Below are positions 60,260 to 64,000 of a DNA stretch of 64,000 nucleotides, one piece after another (position 1 is the first letter of the stretch; each line of letters begins with the position of its first letter). Where the stretch lies: positions 6,444-70,443 of the forward strand of contig JBGVEW010000071.1 in NCBI GenBank assembly GCA_045120465.1. The letters run 5' to 3'. The stretch comes from Eubacteriales bacterium. GTDB taxonomy: Bacteria; Bacillota; Clostridia; Oscillospirales; CAG-272. The position numbers and the translations under genes were made by a program. Under the pieces are notes generated by a model. The model did no database searches. It had not been told where the DNA came from and worked only from the letters and a program-made list of their open reading frames with translations.

Positions 60260-61033
60260 TTGAAGAAGAGAACCATCGCGCAAGCCGCCCAAAAAAGAGC
60301 GGGAGAGCGTTTGGCGCAAAACGGACATCGCTTGCTTTTGATCGAGGCGCTGTCGGTCTGCCTCTTGTTTGTGCCAATGTATATTTTGCTTTCCGCTGCA
60401 TCGGCGGCAGGCTTGAGCCTGATCGATCCCACATCGCCCGCGGTGTATCCGATCCTTGCGGTCTTTGGTGTGCTTTTCTTTGCGATCATGCTCTTTTTGG
60501 TGCTTCCCACGCTCCTTGGCTTTTGCGCCGTGGCAGAGCGTGTGGCGCATGACCGCTCCCCGATCCTTGCGGATCTGTTCTGCTTTTTCACCTCGCGTGA
60601 GCGCTATTTCGCGGCGCTTTCGCTCTCGGCTCGCTTTTTGTGGAAGCTGACGCTGTGTGTCACCGCGGTGCGCTTGACCGCCATGCTTGCGGTCCTGCTT
60701 TTGCCGGATACCTTGTGGAGCGTTCTGCTTTGCGCGTTGTTGATTGCCGCTGAAATTCTTGCGGGAATTGCGTGGGAGCTCTCCGAGTTTCCGCTTTTGT
60801 ATCTGTTACTTTGCAGATCGGAAGAGGAGTGGGAAGAGGGGGCAGTCTTATTCCGTGCTCCCGCCCTGTGCGCACTGCGCTTTTTGGGAAGCTTTTTGGC
60901 GCAAATCCTTCTGGGACTTCTGACCTGCGGTGTGCTTCTTGTTGCGGATACGATTCCACGTATGGCGGTGGCGTATTTTGCGTATTGCGATTCGTTTTTT
61001 AAAGGGAACCGCGATTCCGATTCTATGGATTGA
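60260..61033 (+). CDS. hypothetical polytopic membrane protein
   Basis: 257 aa. TTG start with GAGGAG about 11 nt upstream. About 6 TM helices. It may be DUF975-like, with low certainty. Confidence 0.5.
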   Translation: MKKRTIAQAAQKRAGERLAQNGHRLLLIEALSVCLLFVPMYILLSAASAAGLSLIDPTSPAVYPILAVFGVLFFAIMLFLVLPTLLGFCAVAERVAHDRSPILADLFCFFTSRERYFAALSLSARFLWKLTLCVTAVRLTAMLAVLLLPDTLWSVLLCALLIAAEILAGIAWELSEFPLLYLLLCRSEEEWEEGAVLFRAPALCALRFLGSFLAQILLGLLTCGVLLVADTIPRMAVAYFAYCDSFFKGNRDSDSMD

Positions 61034-61112
61034 TACGCGTCGGACATCCGATGCGTTCAGATAAATTCCGTCCGCTCATTTGCGGATTTGGAAAAGAAAG
61101 GAAACTTTGACA

Positions 61113-63065
61113 ATGAACGAAAAATTCTACATGACAACAGCGATCGCGTATGCGTCGCGCAAGCCCCACTTTGGCAACACCTACGAGGTGATCATGAGTG
61201 ATGCCGTTGCACGCTATCAGCGCATGTGCGGCAAGGACGTATTCTTCTGTACGGGTACGGACGAGCACGGACAAAAGATCGAAAATCTTGCCAACGAGCA
61301 GGGCATCACACCCCAGGCATACGTGGACGGCGTTGCGGGCGAGATCAAGGGCGTTTGGGATTTGATGAACTCCTCTTACGACTACTTTATCCGTACCACC
61401 GACGATTATCACGTAACCGCGGTGCAAAAGATCTTCAAGCGTTTTTACGATAAGGGCGATATTTATAAGAGCAAATACGAGGGCTGGTACTGCACCCCCT
61501 GCGAATCCTTCTTTACGGCAACGCAGGCCGCGGACGGGAAGTGCCCCGATTGCGGCCGTGAGCTCAACCGCGCGGAGGAAGAGGCATACTTCTTTAAAAT
61601 GAGCAAATATGCGGATCGTTTGATGAAGCATATCGATGAAAATCCCGATTTCATTCAGCCCGAGCTCCGCAAAAAGGAAATGGTCAACAACTTCCTCAAG
61701 GTCGGGCTTCAGGATCTTTGCGTTTCCCGTACTTCCTTCAAGTGGGGAATTCCCGTCGATTTTGACGATAAGCACGTCGTTTACGTGTGGCTCGATGCGT
61801 TGACCAACTATATCACGGCGCTGGGCTACGATCCCGATAAGACCTACGAGGAGCAATCCGAGCATTTTAAAAAGTATTGGCCTGCCGACGTACACATCAT
61901 CGGTAAGGATATTTTGCGTTTCCATACCATCTATTGGCCCATCTTCCTCATGGCACTCGATCTGCCGCTTCCCAAAAAGGTATTCGGGCACCCGTGGTTC
62001 AACTTTGGCATGGACAAGATGTCCAAATCCAAGGGCAACGTTATTTATGCCGATAAGCTGGCAGAGCATTTCTCGGTGGACGGTGTCCGCTACTACGCGT
62101 TGGCGGAAATGCCCTTCGCATCCGACGGATCGATCACCTACGAGTCGGTGATCAAGCGATACAACATGGATCTGGTCAATAACCTCGGAAACCTTGTGAA
62201 GCGTACGCTGGATATGCAAAAGAAGTATTTCGATAAGGTCGTACAGGCTCCCTCTGCTCCCGACGTTTTGGATGAGGAATTGAAGGCGGCTTGTGCTAAG
62301 GCATACGCAAATCTGCGCAGCGCGATGGACGATTATCACATCGCGGACGCTTTGGAAGGGCTGTTTGAGATGTTCAGCCGTGCCAATAAATATATTGATG
62401 AAACCACTCCGTGGACGCTTGCAAAGGATGAATCCCTGCGCGCGCGCCTCGGCACGGTGCTTTATAACTTGATGGAAGCCATCCGTCAGGGCGCGGTTAT
62501 GCTCGCTCCCTTTATCCCCGCAACCGCAGAGGAGATTTTGAACGAGCTGAATACCGAAAAGCGCACCTTTGATACGCTCGAGGGCTTTAACGGTATGGTG
62601 GCAGGCGATATGGTCAACGATTCCAAGGTGCTCTTTGCCCGTGTGGATGAGGAGAAGAAGCTGGCAGAATTTGAGGCGGAGCGTCAGGCAATGATTGCGG
62701 CGGCGCAAAAGGAAGAGGAGAAGATCGAAAAGCCCGAGGGCTGTGCTTTGATCGGCATTGAGGACTTTATGAACGTGGAGCTCCGTGTTGCAAAGATTTT
62801 GGAATGCGAAAAGGTTCCCAAGGCAAAGAAGCTGCTCAAATTGCAGGTCGATCTCGGATATGAGAAGAGACAGGTGGTGTCGGGAATTGCCAAGTGGTAC
62901 GAGCCGGACGCGCTGATCGGCAAAAAGGTAGTGCTCGTGACCAATCTTCGTCCCGCAACGCTTTGCGGAATCGAATCGCAGGGAATGATACTCGCAAGCG
63001 GTGAGGAGACCGTTCGAGTGCTCTTCCTCGATCCCGAAACGCCTCTTGGCGAAAGAATTCGATAA
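61113..63065 (+). CDS. metG: methionine--tRNA ligase with a C-terminal tRNA-binding (Trbp111/EMAP-like) domain
   Basis: Start at ATG 61113. HIGH-type motif PHFGNTYE, zinc knuckles CTPCESFF..CPDCG, and KMSKS. C-terminal VAKILECEKVPKAKKLLKLQVDLG. Confidence 0.95.
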   Translation: MNEKFYMTTAIAYASRKPHFGNTYEVIMSDAVARYQRMCGKDVFFCTGTDEHGQKIENLANEQGITPQAYVDGVAGEIKGVWDLMNSSYDYFIRTTDDYHVTAVQKIFKRFYDKGDIYKSKYEGWYCTPCESFFTATQAADGKCPDCGRELNRAEEEAYFFKMSKYADRLMKHIDENPDFIQPELRKKEMVNNFLKVGLQDLCVSRTSFKWGIPVDFDDKHVVYVWLDALTNYITALGYDPDKTYEEQSEHFKKYWPADVHIIGKDILRFHTIYWPIFLMALDLPLPKKVFGHPWFNFGMDKMSKSKGNVIYADKLAEHFSVDGVRYYALAEMPFASDGSITYESVIKRYNMDLVNNLGNLVKRTLDMQKKYFDKVVQAPSAPDVLDEELKAACAKAYANLRSAMDDYHIADALEGLFEMFSRANKYIDETTPWTLAKDESLRARLGTVLYNLMEAIRQGAVMLAPFIPATAEEILNELNTEKRTFDTLEGFNGMVAGDMVNDSKVLFARVDEEKKLAEFEAERQAMIAAAQKEEEKIEKPEGCALIGIEDFMNVELRVAKILECEKVPKAKKLLKLQVDLGYEKRQVVSGIAKWYEPDALIGKKVVLVTNLRPATLCGIESQGMILASGEETVRVLFLDPETPLGERIR

Positions 63066-63132
63066 AATCTGTCTTTGAACTGTAAAAAGAAGAAAAAAAC
63101 TAAAAAATATCCAAAAAAATTCCAAAAAGTAC

Positions 63133-63161
63133 TTGCAAAATCGATTGGAGTATGGTATAAT
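63133..63161 (+). promoter_or_regulatory. sigma-A-type promoter for rplS
   Basis: TTGCAA (63133-63138), 17 nt spacer, TGg-TATAAT (63156-63161). Confidence 0.55.
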
Positions 63162-63247
63162 ACTCACGTTGCGCTATGTCGCAAGAATTTTAGGGTGGTC
63201 CGCTGCATGCTCGCATGAACATCCGATATATTTAGGAGGGCTCAAAA
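63162..63247 (+). promoter_or_regulatory. rplS 5' leader, a possible L19 autoregulatory leader
   Basis: An untranslated leader of about 80 nt with a GUUGCG..CGCAA hairpin and GGAGGG as SD. L19 leaders are described in Firmicutes. I cannot verify the match by eye. Confidence 0.3.
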
Positions 63248-63589
63248 ATGAATTTGATTGAGGCTTTTACAAACGAGCAATTGAAGCAAGAGGTACCCGT
63301 AATTCGCATCGGTGACACCGTTCGTGTTCACAACCGTATCAAAGAGGGTAACCGCGAGAGAATCCAGATGTTCGACGGAACCGTTATCGCAAAGCATGGC
63401 GGTGGCATCTCCGAAACCTTTACCGTAAGAAAGATCTCCTACGGTGTTGGCGTTGAGAAGACGTTCCCGATCCATTCTCCCAACGTAGAGAAGGTGGACA
63501 TCATCCGCGTCGGTAAGGTCAGACGTGCAAAGCTGTACTATCTGCGTGGCCGCGTCGGTAAGGCTTCCAAGGTCAAGGAGCAGATCTGA
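63248..63589 (+). CDS. rplS: 50S ribosomal protein L19
   Basis: [53 protein letters not shown]... Confidence 0.96.
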   Translation: MNLIEAFTNEQLKQEVPVIRIGDTVRVHNRIKEGNRERIQMFDGTVIAKHGGGISETFTVRKISYGVGVEKTFPIHSPNVEKVDIIRVGKVRRAKLYYLRGRVGKASKVKEQI

Positions 63590-63608
63590 TTCTGTTTCTT
63601 GTACAAAT

Positions 63609-63650
63609 AAAACCCGTTTCCATGAATTTGGGAGCGGGTTTTATTTGCTT
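63609..63650 (+). terminator. intrinsic terminator after rplS
   Basis: AAAACCCGTTTCC-(8 nt)-GGGAGCGGGTTTT, 13 bp with two G-U pairs. The trailing sequence is ATTTGCTTTTT. Confidence 0.65.
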
Positions 63651-63694
63651 TTTAACGGTGATTGAAAAATCCACCATTCGGTTGATTTTTGATA

Positions 63695-63723
63695 TTGACA
63701 GACCGCCCGTGTGGGAGTATAAT
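63695..63723 (+). promoter_or_regulatory. consensus sigma-A promoter for the last gene
   Basis: TTGACA (63695-63700), 17 nt spacer, TATAAT (63718-63723). Confidence 0.5.
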
Positions 63724-63756
63724 AGGTAAGTATTTTTCATGGAAAGAGGCATATCA

Positions 63757-64000
63757 ATGTCACAGTTTCTTCAATTTGTCATGATTCTTGCGTTGGTCGT
63801 GCTCGGATGCACCAAGGTGACCCTCCAAGGTCAGGTCAGCCGAAAACATATTCGCAACACAGCGGATAGCGTACTGTTCAATGCGCAACTCTTTTTTGCA
63901 ATGGCGGCGGTCATGGCACTGATTTTTCCAATCGGCGGAATCGGTTGGAGTGGGATTGTGCTTGCCCTGTTGGGGGCACTCGGAACGTTTTTGTTTCAGA
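63757..64000 (+). CDS. membrane protein, N-terminal fragment that runs off the right edge (possibly DMT/EamA-like)
   Basis: ATG 63757 follows GAAAGAGG. My translation is MSQFLQFVMILALVVLGCTKVTLQGQVSRKHIRNTADSVLFNAQLFFAMAAVMALIFPIGG... It is not in the ORF track because no stop lies in the window. Confidence 0.5.
   Translation, partial: MSQFLQFVMILALVVLGCTKVTLQGQVSRKHIRNTADSVLFNAQLFFAMAAVMALIFPIGGIGWSGIVLALLGALGTFLFQ

Noticed and set aside
61023-63167. 714-aa minus-strand ORF
   Set aside because: It is antisense to metG, which has HIGH/KMSKS motifs and a good start context. It is a shadow ORF.
1-64000. CRISPR arrays, tRNA/rRNA genes, transposases, integrases, prophage or toxin-antitoxin modules
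   Set aside because: I scanned both strands by eye and via the ORF track. I found no spaced direct-repeat arrays, no cloverleaf-like or rRNA-like segments in the intergenic regions, and no ORF with recombinase, transposase or phage hallmark motifs.

Overview
This is a chromosomal, mostly housekeeping window from a Firmicutes/Clostridia-like genome. That assignment is an inference from gene content (whiA, DUF4364, DUF4330, BspA-type LRR lipoproteins), GGAGG ribosome-binding sites and TTGACA-17-TATAAT promoters. GC looks moderate by eye; I did not compute it. I call 55 protein-coding genes, 2 of them partial at the window edges. I found no rRNA, tRNA, CRISPR array, transposase, integrase or phage genes.

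Gene layout:
- 1-14.3 kb, minus strand: pnp, rpsO, two paralogous LRR lipoproteins, a parC-like topoisomerase subunit, sua5/tsaC, prfA, an M18 aminopeptidase, an SLT transglycosylase, coaE and a Gfo/Idh/MocA oxidoreductase.
- 14.5-23 kb, plus strand: murB, whiA, dnaE, a HAD hydrolase, a membrane-anchored XRE regulator and an FAD oxidoreductase.
- 23.2-24.8 kb, minus strand: mnmA and trmL.
- 25-35.3 kb, plus strand: secA runs without a break into two unknown polytopic membrane proteins, a 48-codon Asn/Gln mini-ORF, and an ABC/DUF1854/ABC operon whose ABC proteins carry N-terminal zinc-ribbon domains.
- 35.4-42 kb, minus strand: three more ABC exporter genes.
- 42-64 kb: an unknown cytosolic protein, yajC, rimM-trmD, an O-antigen-ligase-like gene plus two DUF4330 genes, ptsH, uvrC-rsmD-coaD-membrane-flippase, hemolysin III, a zinc-ribbon protein, a sigma-70-family factor, DUF4364, hom, a metallophosphoesterase, metG and rplS.

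Most unusual signals:
1. A hairpin-bracketed N/Q-only mini-cistron lies directly upstream of the zinc-ribbon-ABC/DUF1854 operon (29.9-35.3 kb). This is my best candidate for an undescribed system.
2. A structured intergenic repeat of about 170 bp, built from five stem-loops, occurs in two full copies and one solo-hairpin copy. All three sit at convergent gene ends, and one stem shows a compensatory base-pair change between copies.
3. A highly structured leader of about 180 nt, ending in a terminator-like hairpin that abuts the RBS, precedes one LRR lipoprotein gene.
4. A GATTTTCAC motif recurs at the ptsH promoter and upstream of the sigma-factor gene.

All functional calls rest on motifs I recognise by eye. 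No database search was run.
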